Of a DNA stretch of 64,000 nucleotides, positions 9,650 through 18,838 are shown one piece after another. The DNA is taken from positions 1-64,000 of the forward strand of contig JAVKHQ010000001.1 in the NCBI GenBank assembly GCA_031459875.1, read 5' to 3'. The notes beneath the pieces were generated by a model that ran no database searches, was not told the origin of the DNA, and saw only the letters and a program-made list of their open reading frames with translations. The DNA comes from Candidatus Fervidifonticultor sextus. Lineage in GTDB: Bacteria; Sysuimicrobiota; Sysuimicrobiia; Sysuimicrobiales; Humicultoraceae. Both the position numbers and the translations under genes were made by a program. Positions within the stretch are counted from its first letter, which is position 1. Each line of letters starts with the position of its first letter.

Positions 9650-10807
9650 CTACCCGTAGGCCCGCCGGATGCGGGCCAGTGCCTCATCCATGCGATCATC
9701 AGGCGTGGTCAGCGAGAGACGCACGTACCCTTCCCCTGACGGTCCGTATCCGACGCCGGGCGTGATGAGCACACCGGTGCGTTCCAGGACCTCTGCGGCA
9801 AACTGCACCGAGGAGGTCCCGTTGGGGGTCGGCATCCAGATGTACAGTGTTGCCTTCGGGGACGGCGGGTTCCAGCCCACCGCGCGCAGCGTGGCGACCA
9901 TGCGGTCCCGCCGGGCGCGGTAGACCCCCAGGGTCTGGGCGATGACCTCCTGCGGTCCCGCAAGCGCCGCGGCCCCGGCCCGCTGGATCGCACCGAAGAT
10001 CCCGGAGTCCACATTCGTCTTCAACGTCCCCAGTGCCGCGATGGCCTCCTCCCGGCCCACGGCGAATCCAATGCGCCATCCTGTCATATTGTACGGCTTG
10101 GACAGGGACAACAGTTCGATGGCCACCTCCTTGGCGCCGGGGACCTGGAGGACGCTCGGCGGGCGATAGCCGTCGTAGGCGACCTCTGAGTATGCGTTGT
10201 CGTGGACCAGGAGGAGGTTCCACCGGCGCGCGAACTCCACGGCCCGGGCGAAGAACGCCAGATCGGCGGTCGCCCCCGTGGGGTTGTTGGGGTAATTGAG
10301 GAAGAGCAGCCTCGCGCGGCGCAGCACCGGTTCGGGAACCGCCTCCAGGTCCGGCAGGAAGCCGCGGTCGGCAGTCAGCGGCAGCATGAACGGGTCGCCC
10401 TCGGCCATGATCGTCGCCGACCGGTAGACCGGGTAGCCTGGATCCGGCACCAGCGCCACGTCCCCCGGGTCCATCGTGGCCCAGGGGAGATGCGCCAGGC
10501 CTTCCTTCGACCCGATCAACGCCAGCACCTCGCGGTCTGGATCCAGCGCAACCCCGAAGCGCTGCTCGAACCACGCCGCTGCGGCGCGGCGGAATTCCGC
10601 CGTTCCCCGGTACGGTGGATACCGGTGGGTCCGCGGGTCGCTGGCTCCTTCCATCAGAGCCTCGATGATGTGCGGCGGCGTCGGGATGTCGGGGTCGCCG
10701 GTGCTGAGGCTGATGACGTCGATGCCCCTGGCCGCCAACTCCTCCTGCTTCCGATCCAGGTCTGCGAACAGGTACGCGCCGATCCTGCGAAGCCGCTGGG
10801 ACTGCAT
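9650..10807 (-). CDS. dapL: LL-diaminopimelate aminotransferase (class I/II PLP)
   Basis: YLFADLD N-terminus, GSKEG, NYPNNPTG, SLSKPYNMTGWRIG, KTNVDSG. Confidence 0.85.
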   Translation of the reverse strand: MQSQRLRRIGAYLFADLDRKQEELAARGIDVISLSTGDPDIPTPPHIIEALMEGASDPRTHRYPPYRGTAEFRRAAAAWFEQRFGVALDPDREVLALIGSKEGLAHLPWATMDPGDVALVPDPGYPVYRSATIMAEGDPFMLPLTADRGFLPDLEAVPEPVLRRARLLFLNYPNNPTGATADLAFFARAVEFARRWNLLLVHDNAYSEVAYDGYRPPSVLQVPGAKEVAIELLSLSKPYNMTGWRIGFAVGREEAIAALGTLKTNVDSGIFGAIQRAGAAALAGPQEVIAQTLGVYRARRDRMVATLRAVGWNPPSPKATLYIWMPTPNGTSSVQFAAEVLERTGVLITPGVGYGPSGEGYVRLSLTTPDDRMDEALARIRRAYG

Positions 10808-11766
10808 CAGGCCCTCCCGCTGATGGTCAACATCCTATCCATGATAGCATGCACGCGCGCCACGACGGCCGTGCCGTCTAGGTCGGTGACGTCGACCCAG
10901 ACGATGCGAGGGTCACGCCCAAACCACGTGAACTGCCGCTTCGCATACCGACGTGTGTTGCGTTTGAGCCGGCGGACGGCCTCCTCGTACCCGTAGGCTC
11001 CCGCCAGCCAGCCGGCAATCTCCTTGTAGCCCAGCGCCTGCATCGCCGGCGCGGTCACCGGGACGCCGCGCTTGAGCAGTCCCCGGACTTCTTCAACAAG
11101 CCCTCCGGCTAACTGCGCCTCCACCCGGGCGTCGATGCGCCGGTAGAGGGCGGCACGGTCCATGGTCAGCCCGACGATGGCCATCGGGCCGGACGGGCCA
11201 CCCCCGCCTTGCTGCGCGGAGATCGGACGTCCGGTGCGCACCACGACCTCCAGTGCGCGGATGATCCGGCGCACGTTGTGGGGGTGGATGCGCGCTGCGG
11301 CGGCCGGATCCCGTGCCGCCAGCCGTGCGTGCAGGTGGCCCGGGCCGCGTTGGCGTGCTTCGGATTCCAGCGCCGCGCGCAGGGCCGCATCCGGCGGAAC
11401 CGGCGGGAGCGTCAGGCGGTCGACGACCGCGCGGATGTAGAGGCCGGTCCCGCCCACCAGCAGCGGCAGGCGACCTCGGTCCCGGATCTGGGCGATCGCG
11501 GCGCTGGCCAGCCGCTGGAAGTCGGCGACAGTGAACGGCTCCGTGGGGTCGGCCACGTCGAGCAGGTGGTGGGGCACGCGCCGCCGCTGCTCGGGGGGCG
11601 GCTTCGCCGTGCCCACGTCCATCCCCCGGTAGATCGTGCGGGAATCCGCGGCGATAATCTCGGCGCCCAACTGCTCGGCCAGCGGCACCGCCGCCGCCGA
11701 CTTGCCGACCGCCGTCGGACCGCAGAGCACCGCGAGGCCACCGGCGGCTATCTGCGCAGGAACCAT
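10807..11766 (-). CDS. miaA: tRNA dimethylallyltransferase
   Basis: GPTAVGKS, DSRTIYRGMDVGTAKP, VGGTGLY, TRRYAKRQFTWF. Confidence 0.96.
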   Translation of the reverse strand: MVPAQIAAGGLAVLCGPTAVGKSAAAVPLAEQLGAEIIAADSRTIYRGMDVGTAKPPPEQRRRVPHHLLDVADPTEPFTVADFQRLASAAIAQIRDRGRLPLLVGGTGLYIRAVVDRLTLPPVPPDAALRAALESEARQRGPGHLHARLAARDPAAAARIHPHNVRRIIRALEVVVRTGRPISAQQGGGGPSGPMAIVGLTMDRAALYRRIDARVEAQLAGGLVEEVRGLLKRGVPVTAPAMQALGYKEIAGWLAGAYGYEEAVRRLKRNTRRYAKRQFTWFGRDPRIVWVDVTDLDGTAVVARVHAIMDRMLTISGRA

Positions 11767-13436
11767 CGTTCGAGGTCGGCTCGCGTGACCCCGACGATCG
11801 TGGGGCGGCCGTGGAAGCACGTGAACGGGTCCTCAGTGGCGGCCAGATCGGCCAGCAGGGCCGCGACGGCGTCGGGGCCCAGACGATCCCCGGCGCGGAT
11901 CGCGGTGTGGCAGGCGGTGGCAATGGTGAGGCGCTCCAGCGTGTCGTCGCCGGTCCCTGCCCCGGCGATGGCCGCGATGGCCCGGTGGAGGAGCGCGTCT
12001 GCGGCCCCGCGCCCGGGCGCGGGCACGGCGCGGAGCAGGAGCGTGCGCGCGCCGAACGGTTCCACCGCAAAGCCCAATGCGGCGAGGTGGTCCAGGTGTC
12101 CGGCGACCGTCGCCATCTCGGCCGGCGTCACCTCCAGCGCCAGCGGCACGGCTAGGCCCTGGCTGGCCACCCCACCGCGCCGCCGGGCCGCCAGCAGTCG
12201 CTCATAGAGCACCCGCTCGTGCGCCGCGTGCTGGTCGATGAGATAGAGGCCGTCGGGACCCTCGGCCACGATGTAGGTGTCCAGCAGCTGGCCCAGCGGC
12301 CGCAGCGCCGGGAGCCGGCCCGCGGCGTCGCGCTCGTAGCGCGCCGACGGTTCGCGCGCCTCGAGGACGAATGGCCCGGGCGGGCTCGACGCCGCACCGC
12401 CCGGGGCGGCGGGGATGCGCGGCATCGTCTCGGTGATCCGCCGCACCAGCGGGCTCCCCACCAGCGCCTCGCGGGTCAGATGCGCCACGGCACCGAACAT
12501 GCGGCCCTCGTCGGCAAACCGCACCTCCAGTTTTCGCGGATGCACGTTGACGTCCACCGTGCCCGGGTCCACCTCGAGGAAGACCGCGAAGACGGGAAAC
12601 CGGCCCACCGGCAGCAACTGCGCGTACCCCTGCTCGACCGCCCGGCGCAGGAGACTGCTCTGGATCGGCCGGCGGTTGACGAACAGGTACTGGCCCGTGC
12701 GGGCCGGGCGCGTCCGCTCGGGTCGGGTCAGCCAGCCCTCTGCCCGGCCGCCCGGCACCATGCCCTCCAGGGGAATGAGAGCCTCGGCGCTCCCCGCGCC
12801 CAGCAGGTCCGCGACCCGTTCGAGCGCGCCCGCGGTCGGCCACCGCCCCGCCTCGCGGCCGTTGACCCACAGGTGGAAGGAGACGTCATGCCGCGCCATG
12901 GCCATGCGCTGCACGACCTCGGCGATCAGCGCCTGTTCGCGGGCAGGTGACTTGAGGAACTTCATCCGGGCCGGCGTGTTGTAGAACAACCCGGTGACCT
13001 CCACGGTCGTCCCGGGCGGCGCGCCGTGCGGGCCGATCGACTCGACGATCCCGCCGGCCACCTCGATGCGGGTGGCCTGCGCGGCACCGCGCGCCCGAGT
13101 GGTGAGCGTCACGCGCGCGACCGCGGCGATGCTGGGGAGGGCCTCGCCGCGGAAGCCGTAGGTCCTGATCGCCCCCAGGTCTTCGACGGTGGCGATCTTG
13201 CTGGTGGCAAACCGCTCAAAGGCCAGGGGCACGTCCTCCGCCGGGATTCCCTCGCCGTCGTCGGTCACCCGGATCCGCCGAAGGCCGGCTCCCTCCACCT
13301 CCACGCTGACCGCCCCCGCGCCGGCGTCCAGGCTGTTCTCGATCAGTTCCTTGACCGCCGATGCCGGGCGCTCGACCACCTCGCCGGCCGCGATCCGGTC
13401 GGCGACGGATCGCTCGAGGACGCGGATGGCCCTCAC
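11748..13436 (-). CDS. mutL: DNA mismatch repair endonuclease MutL
   Basis: IAAGEVVERPASAVKELIENSLDAGA, GFRGEAL, DQHAAHER endonuclease motif, CFHGRP. Confidence 0.97.
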   Translation of the reverse strand: MRAIRVLERSVADRIAAGEVVERPASAVKELIENSLDAGAGAVSVEVEGAGLRRIRVTDDGEGIPAEDVPLAFERFATSKIATVEDLGAIRTYGFRGEALPSIAAVARVTLTTRARGAAQATRIEVAGGIVESIGPHGAPPGTTVEVTGLFYNTPARMKFLKSPAREQALIAEVVQRMAMARHDVSFHLWVNGREAGRWPTAGALERVADLLGAGSAEALIPLEGMVPGGRAEGWLTRPERTRPARTGQYLFVNRRPIQSSLLRRAVEQGYAQLLPVGRFPVFAVFLEVDPGTVDVNVHPRKLEVRFADEGRMFGAVAHLTREALVGSPLVRRITETMPRIPAAPGGAASSPPGPFVLEAREPSARYERDAAGRLPALRPLGQLLDTYIVAEGPDGLYLIDQHAAHERVLYERLLAARRRGGVASQGLAVPLALEVTPAEMATVAGHLDHLAALGFAVEPFGARTLLLRAVPAPGRGAADALLHRAIAAIAGAGTGDDTLERLTIATACHTAIRAGDRLGPDAVAALLADLAATEDPFTCFHGRPTIVGVTRADLERWFLRR

Positions 13437-16072
13437 TGGACCCGGCGCTCGGGGCGGTCGGCGGGCCGGGCCCGCAGCGCCCGGGCCCGTTCGCGGAGGT
13501 CGGCCAGGGTCTGCAGGGCTTCTAGGGGGGTCATGGACTCGACGGCCAGGCCCAGCAGCGCCTCCTCGATCGGTGAGGTTAGGTCCAGCGCCAGCGGGAG
13601 CTGGCGGGCCCGCCGGGCGCGCGCGGGGACCGGCAGACCCTGGGGGTCGCCCGGCCGGGCTGATGCGGCCTCCAGGTGCTGGAGGATGCGGCGGGCTTCG
13701 TCGATGACCGCCTGGGGGAGGCCGGCCAGCCGCGCCACGTGGATGCCGTAGGAGCGGTCGGCGCGACCCTCGGCGACGCTGTGGAGGAAGACGATCCGGT
13801 CACCCTGCTCCACCACCTGCATGCTGATGTTGTGGATCCGGGGCAGCAGGTCGGCCAGTTCGGTGAGTTCGTGGAAATGCGTGGCGAACAGCGTCCGCGC
13901 GCCGATGCGGGCGTGGAGGTAGTCGATCACCGCCCACGCCAGGCTCATTCCGTCATAGGTACTCGTGCCTCGGCCGACTTCGTCCAGGATGATCAGGCTG
14001 CGGTGGGTCGCGCCGGACAGGATGCGCGCCACCTCCTGCATCTCCACCAGGAAGGTGCTGCGGCCGGCGGCCAGGTCATCGGTGGCGCCGACGCGCGTGA
14101 AGATGCGGTCGGCAATTCCGATGCGGGCGGACGCCGCCGGCACGAACGCGCCAATCTGGGCCATGATGACGATCAGCGCGGCCTGGCGCAGCAGCGTGCT
14201 CTTCCCGGCCATGTTGGGCCCGGTTACGATGAGCACCGCGCGGTCCCGGATGTCCAGCACCAGGTCGTTGGGCACGAACCGCTCGCCGTCCAGGAGGCGC
14301 TCGACCACCGGGTGGCGGCCGCCGCGGATCTCCAAAATCGGGTCCTCGGTCATCTCCGGCCGCACGTAGCCGCCCCGTTCGGCTCCCTCCGCCAGCGCCA
14401 GGAGAACGTCGGCCTCCGCGACCGCCCGCGCGGTGGCCAGCAGCGAGCCCGCCGAGGCGGCCACCGCCTCCCGCAGCGCGACGAACAGGGCGTATTCCAC
14501 CTCGGCCATGCGCTCCTCGGCGCCCAGGATGGACGCCTCGCGGTCCTTCATCTCGGGGGTGATGTACCGCTCGGCGCCTGTGAGCGTCTGTTTGCGGATG
14601 TACTCCGGCGGCACCAGATGGCGGTTGGCGTTGGACACCTCGATGTAGTAGCCGAAGACCTTGTTGAACCCGACGCGCAGCGACCGGATGCCTGTCCGCT
14701 GGCGCTCCGCGGCTTCCAGCCCCGCGATCCAGGCCTTGCCGCCTGCGGCGGCGGCGCGCAGTTCGTCCAGCCCCGCATCGTACCCGGGGCGGATCAGCCC
14801 TCCCTCGCGGACTCCCGGCGGCGGATCGTCCACGATGGCGCGGGCCAGGTGCGCCGCCAGGTCCTGGTGCGGATCGATCGCGGCCGCGAGCTCGACGAAC
14901 CGCTCGCCACCCAACCGCGCGATCTCCTCGCGGATCGCCGGCAGGCGCACCAGCCCCAGGCGCAGCACCACCAGGTCGCGCGCCGTCGCCGAGCCGTGTC
15001 CACACCGGCCCACCAGCCGCGCCAGATCGGGTACCTCGCGCAGCAGGCCGCGGATCCGCGCCCGCCGCATCCGGTCCGCGAGCGCCGCCTCCACCGCCCG
15101 ATGGCGTACCCGGATCGCCTCCACGTCCACCAGCGGTCGGAGCAGCCACTCGCGCAGCATCCGGCCGCCCATCGGGGTGACCGTCTCGTCCAGGACGGCC
15201 AGCAGCGTGTTCGCCGTGCCGCCGTCGCGCAGGTTGCGGACCAGTTCCAGGTTGCGCCGCGTCGTCTCGTCGAGCCCCAGCACCCGCTCGGTGCTGTAGA
15301 CCCGCAGGCCGCCCAGGTGCGACAGCGCCGCCAGCTGCGTCTGCTGCAGGTACTGCAGCAGCGCCCCCGCCGCCGCGGTGGCCAGCGGCAGGTCCTCGCA
15401 GCCGAAGCCCTCCAGGGAGGCGACCCTGAAGTGGTCGACGAGCGCGCGGCGCGCGGTGCTCGGTTCGAACCGCCACGCGTCGACGCCCGTTTGCGGGACC
15501 TTCGCAGGTGCGGGGACGGCGCCGCCTTCTGGCACGACGATCTCGCGCGGGTCCAGCCGCGCCAGTTCCTCGGCGAGGCGGCGGTCCGCATCGGGCCCCT
15601 CGATCTGCGTCACGAGGAAGTCACCGGTGGAGAGGTCGGCAGCGGCCAGGCCCCAGGCCTGTGGCGCCCGAACGGCCGCCGCCAGGTAGCGGTGCTCGCG
15701 GGAGGGCAGCGCGGCAGCATCCATGACCGTGCCCGGCGTGACCACACGGGTGACCTCGCGACGGACGAGGCCCCGCGCCCGCCGCGGATCTTCGACCTGG
15801 TCGCAAATGGCCACCCGGTAGCCCCGATCGACCAGTCGGTTCAGGTAGCCGGCCAGCGCGTGGTGCGGGACCCCGCACATCGGGACGCGACGACCCTTGC
15901 CCACCTCTCGCGAGGTGAGCACGATGTCGAGCTCCCTGGCCGCCACCCGGGCGTCATCAAAGAAGAGTTCGTAGAAATCCCCCAGGCGGAACATCAGCAG
16001 CGCGCCGGGATACCGCGCCTTGAGTTCCTGATATTGGCGCATCATGGGGGTCAGCGCACTGTCGCGGGTCAC
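13433..16072 (-). CDS. mutS: DNA mismatch repair protein MutS
   Basis: TPMMRQY, GDFYELF, TGPNMAGKST, STFLVEM, DEVGRGTSTYDG. Confidence 0.98.
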   Translation of the reverse strand: MTRDSALTPMMRQYQELKARYPGALLMFRLGDFYELFFDDARVAARELDIVLTSREVGKGRRVPMCGVPHHALAGYLNRLVDRGYRVAICDQVEDPRRARGLVRREVTRVVTPGTVMDAAALPSREHRYLAAAVRAPQAWGLAAADLSTGDFLVTQIEGPDADRRLAEELARLDPREIVVPEGGAVPAPAKVPQTGVDAWRFEPSTARRALVDHFRVASLEGFGCEDLPLATAAAGALLQYLQQTQLAALSHLGGLRVYSTERVLGLDETTRRNLELVRNLRDGGTANTLLAVLDETVTPMGGRMLREWLLRPLVDVEAIRVRHRAVEAALADRMRRARIRGLLREVPDLARLVGRCGHGSATARDLVVLRLGLVRLPAIREEIARLGGERFVELAAAIDPHQDLAAHLARAIVDDPPPGVREGGLIRPGYDAGLDELRAAAAGGKAWIAGLEAAERQRTGIRSLRVGFNKVFGYYIEVSNANRHLVPPEYIRKQTLTGAERYITPEMKDREASILGAEERMAEVEYALFVALREAVAASAGSLLATARAVAEADVLLALAEGAERGGYVRPEMTEDPILEIRGGRHPVVERLLDGERFVPNDLVLDIRDRAVLIVTGPNMAGKSTLLRQAALIVIMAQIGAFVPAASARIGIADRIFTRVGATDDLAAGRSTFLVEMQEVARILSGATHRSLIILDEVGRGTSTYDGMSLAWAVIDYLHARIGARTLFATHFHELTELADLLPRIHNISMQVVEQGDRIVFLHSVAEGRADRSYGIHVARLAGLPQAVIDEARRILQHLEAASARPGDPQGLPVPARARRARQLPLALDLTSPIEEALLGLAVESMTPLEALQTLADLRERARALRARPADRPERRVQ

Positions 16073-16145
16073 GGCCCCATGCTATCACACGCCGGCGGCC
16101 TGGGCACGGCGGGGCGCGCGGCCTGCGGTGCGCTGGCCGCGGGCC

Positions 16146-16382
16146 CTAGCCTCCCGGACCGGCGCGCTCGATCCGAATGCGCCACTCGCCGGCGGCGTGT
16201 TCCTCGATGGTGCACCGGTAGCCCAGGCGCGTCACGTAGAAGGGGATCGACTCCAGCGCCGGGGGATGGTCGGTGAGCACCTCCAGGATGTCATCCTGGG
16301 GCAGCCCCTGCAGGACTTCCACCGTCTTCATCATCGGGTACGGACAGATCTCGCCCCGCACATCGAGTTTCACGCCGCGCAC
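16146..16382 (-). CDS. TusA/YeeD(YedF)-family sulfur carrier
   Basis: LDVRGEICPYP motif, about 76-79 aa; GTG start at 16382 or 16373 after AAAGGAG. Confidence 0.9.
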   Translation of the reverse strand: MRGVKLDVRGEICPYPMMKTVEVLQGLPQDDILEVLTDHPPALESIPFYVTRLGYRCTIEEHAAGEWRIRIERAGPGG

Positions 16383-16389
16383 GCTCCTT

Positions 16390-17622
16390 TCACGGGATCC
16401 GCCTGAGAACCTGCACACCCAGCCACGCGCCGGCGGCCAGGGCGGCCGCAAAGACCCACCCGTTGGCGCCGAGGGAAGGGATGGCCGAGAAGAAGGCGCC
16501 CAGGGTACACCCCATGGCCAGGGTGGCTCCGTACCCCATCAAGACCCCGCCGGCCAGCGCCTGGAGGTAGCGCCGACGTTCGCGGGGCCGCCGCAGCCGG
16601 AACTCGCCCGCCATCTGCGCCCCCGCAAACGCCCCGGCCACCATCCCCAGGTTGAGGGTCAGCGTGTGGGACAGAAGCGACCCCCCGCGGCCGACCAGCG
16701 CGCACCCCGACACCTCGCCCGCGCCCTGCAGGAGACCGGGGTCCCATCCCACGAGGGTGAGCAGCCCCACCGCCCACCGTGAGACCTCCCCGGTCACCCC
16801 CCAGGGCATGTGGGCCGTGTAGACAAAAACATTGAGCACCCCCAGCGCGACGCCCCCGACGGACGCCGGCCAGCCGTGCACCAGGACGGCCCGGAGCGCT
16901 CCGTGGATCCGATCGCCGAAGGTGTGCCCTGGCCGACCCGGCACGGGCTCCGGGGCCCGGAACCCCTGGCGTACCTCCCACCAGATGACCAGCAGATACG
17001 CGCCGACGAGCAGCAGGAAGGTGACCACGAGGGCCATCCCGTAACCGCCCACCCGCGGCAGCCACAGCACGAGCCCGCCGCGGATGCTCGCCCGCCACCA
17101 GAAGTTCCAGGTGTGTGCGCCCAGGGCCAGCCCGGCCATGATGCCGATTAGCGCCACCAGCGAGGCCACGTAGCCTTCACCGATGCGGTAGAGGGATCCC
17201 GAGACACAGCCTCCGGCGATGACCATGCCCACGCCAAACAGGAGGCCGCCGAGGATGAGGTGTGCGCCGAGCGGAGCCACATGGGCTTCCGGGGCGATCA
17301 CCCCCAGCCCCGGGTCCGGGACCATGCGCTGCATCAGGACGGCAAACCCCGCGGTGGCCACCGCCAGCCCGCCGAGGATGCCCCGCATGGTCCGGCCGTG
17401 CCCGAAGAGGAAGAGATCGCGGAAGGCGGAGGCAAAACAGAACCGACTCCGCTGCAGCACGAACCCGAATGCCAGGCCGAAGAGCCAGAAGGTGGCCGCT
17501 CGCGCGTCCGCCTGCGCCGTCAGCCTGGCGACGACGGCCGACACCACCAGCACGGCCCCGCCCACCCCCAGGAGGCGCGCCAGGGGATGGCGGATGGTGG
17601 TGGACCCGACCACCGGGCTCAC
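16390..17622 (-). CDS. YeeE/YedE family (thiosulfate/selenium) transporter
   Basis: FGFVLQRSRFCF, GMVIAGGCVSGSLYR, GATLAMGCTLG; multiple TM helices; GTG 17622 overlaps the upstream stop (GTGA). Confidence 0.92.
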   Translation of the reverse strand: MSPVVGSTTIRHPLARLLGVGGAVLVVSAVVARLTAQADARAATFWLFGLAFGFVLQRSRFCFASAFRDLFLFGHGRTMRGILGGLAVATAGFAVLMQRMVPDPGLGVIAPEAHVAPLGAHLILGGLLFGVGMVIAGGCVSGSLYRIGEGYVASLVALIGIMAGLALGAHTWNFWWRASIRGGLVLWLPRVGGYGMALVVTFLLLVGAYLLVIWWEVRQGFRAPEPVPGRPGHTFGDRIHGALRAVLVHGWPASVGGVALGVLNVFVYTAHMPWGVTGEVSRWAVGLLTLVGWDPGLLQGAGEVSGCALVGRGGSLLSHTLTLNLGMVAGAFAGAQMAGEFRLRRPRERRRYLQALAGGVLMGYGATLAMGCTLGAFFSAIPSLGANGWVFAAALAAGAWLGVQVLRRIP

Positions 17623-18521
17623 CGCTGGAGCGGCAGGTCCGTGCGGTTCCCCCACTCTTCCCAGCTTCCGTCGTAGTTACGCACGCGCGGGTAGCCCAGC
17701 AGGTACTTGAGCACGAACCAGTTGTGGGCCGCCCGGACGCCGGTCTGGCAGTAGACGATGATCTCCCGGTCCCGCGTGTGACCGGCTCGCGCATACAGCG
17801 CGCGGAGTTCCGCCACCGGCTTGAACGACCCGTCCGGCGTGACGTTGAGGCGCCAGTCGATGTTCACCGCGCCCGGGATGCGCCCGCCCCGGGCGGACCG
17901 GACGTCGAGCCCCGCGTACTCCTGAGGACTGCGCGCATCACAGACCACCCCCTCACCGAGCCGCGCCACCAGGTACTCGGCGGTGGCCACGATGCTGTCG
18001 TCGCGCGGCGCTGCGGCGTACCGGGACGGGCTGACGGCCGGTGTCTCCGTCGTCAACGGCCTGGCTTCCAGCTGCCAGCGCCGGCTGCCGCCGTCCAGGA
18101 TCGCGACGCGCGGGTGGCGGTAGAGCTTGAGGATCCAGAATGCCCGGGCCGCGAACAGGCTGCTGGTGTCGTCGTAGAGGATCACCGCATCCGTATTGCG
18201 GATCCCCAGTCGGCGCATCAGGGCCTGGAACTGCTCTCGGGTGGGGGCCATACCCTTGACACGGTGGGTGGGATCCACCAGGTCGGCCTGCCAGTCGACG
18301 TAGACGGCTCCCTGCAGGTGTCCTGCCACGTAGGTGTCTCTGGTGCTGCTGACGTCTACGAGGCGCACGTCGGGGGCGGCCAGGTTGGCCGCCACCCAGC
18401 CGGGATCCACCAGGCTCGGGACCCGGCCCGGTGCGCCGGCCGGGGCGGCCGCAGACGTCCCGGCGACCGCCCCGACGATCACGGCGAAGAGGACCAGATT
18501 TCCAATCAGCAGGCGATGCAA
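17619..18521 (-). CDS. tandem-domain rhodanese (sulfurtransferase) with signal peptide
   Basis: GHLQGA, ILDGG, GRIPGA, active-site YCQTGVRA, YDGSWEEW; TTG start 6 nt after GGAGGTG, followed by a hydrophobic signal and Ala-rich cleavage region. Confidence 0.9.
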   Translation of the reverse strand: MHRLLIGNLVLFAVIVGAVAGTSAAAPAGAPGRVPSLVDPGWVAANLAAPDVRLVDVSSTRDTYVAGHLQGAVYVDWQADLVDPTHRVKGMAPTREQFQALMRRLGIRNTDAVILYDDTSSLFAARAFWILKLYRHPRVAILDGGSRRWQLEARPLTTETPAVSPSRYAAAPRDDSIVATAEYLVARLGEGVVCDARSPQEYAGLDVRSARGGRIPGAVNIDWRLNVTPDGSFKPVAELRALYARAGHTRDREIIVYCQTGVRAAHNWFVLKYLLGYPRVRNYDGSWEEWGNRTDLPLQR

Positions 18522-18838
18522 TGTCCCCACCTCCACGGGAGGGAGCGGCCCCGCCCGGCACGGTCGGGCGGGTCGGAATCCCCGTACTCTCGGTCTTACT
18601 GCAGAGGGCGAACGGTATGGGGGCGCGAAGGCTTCGGCCTCCGCGCAGGACAGATGCACTCGCGGGGGCGGTTCTGACGCGTGCGGCTGCCGGGCGCAGA
18701 CAACCGAGTGCAGGACACGGATCACAACCCCAGGTGCGTCCTGGCTATGATTCAACCACATCGGGCGGGGGCTGGCAAGCCATCGGGAGAGAAACCCTGT
18801 TATTATGAGGCTATGATTCCCTGGGCGAGGAGGTTCTC

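Noticed and set aside
18615..18760. tmRNA, 6S RNA or SAM riboswitch in the ilvD/rhodanese intergenic region
   Set aside because: No tRNA-like ends or T-loop, no convincing 6S long rod, and no SAM-I core motifs
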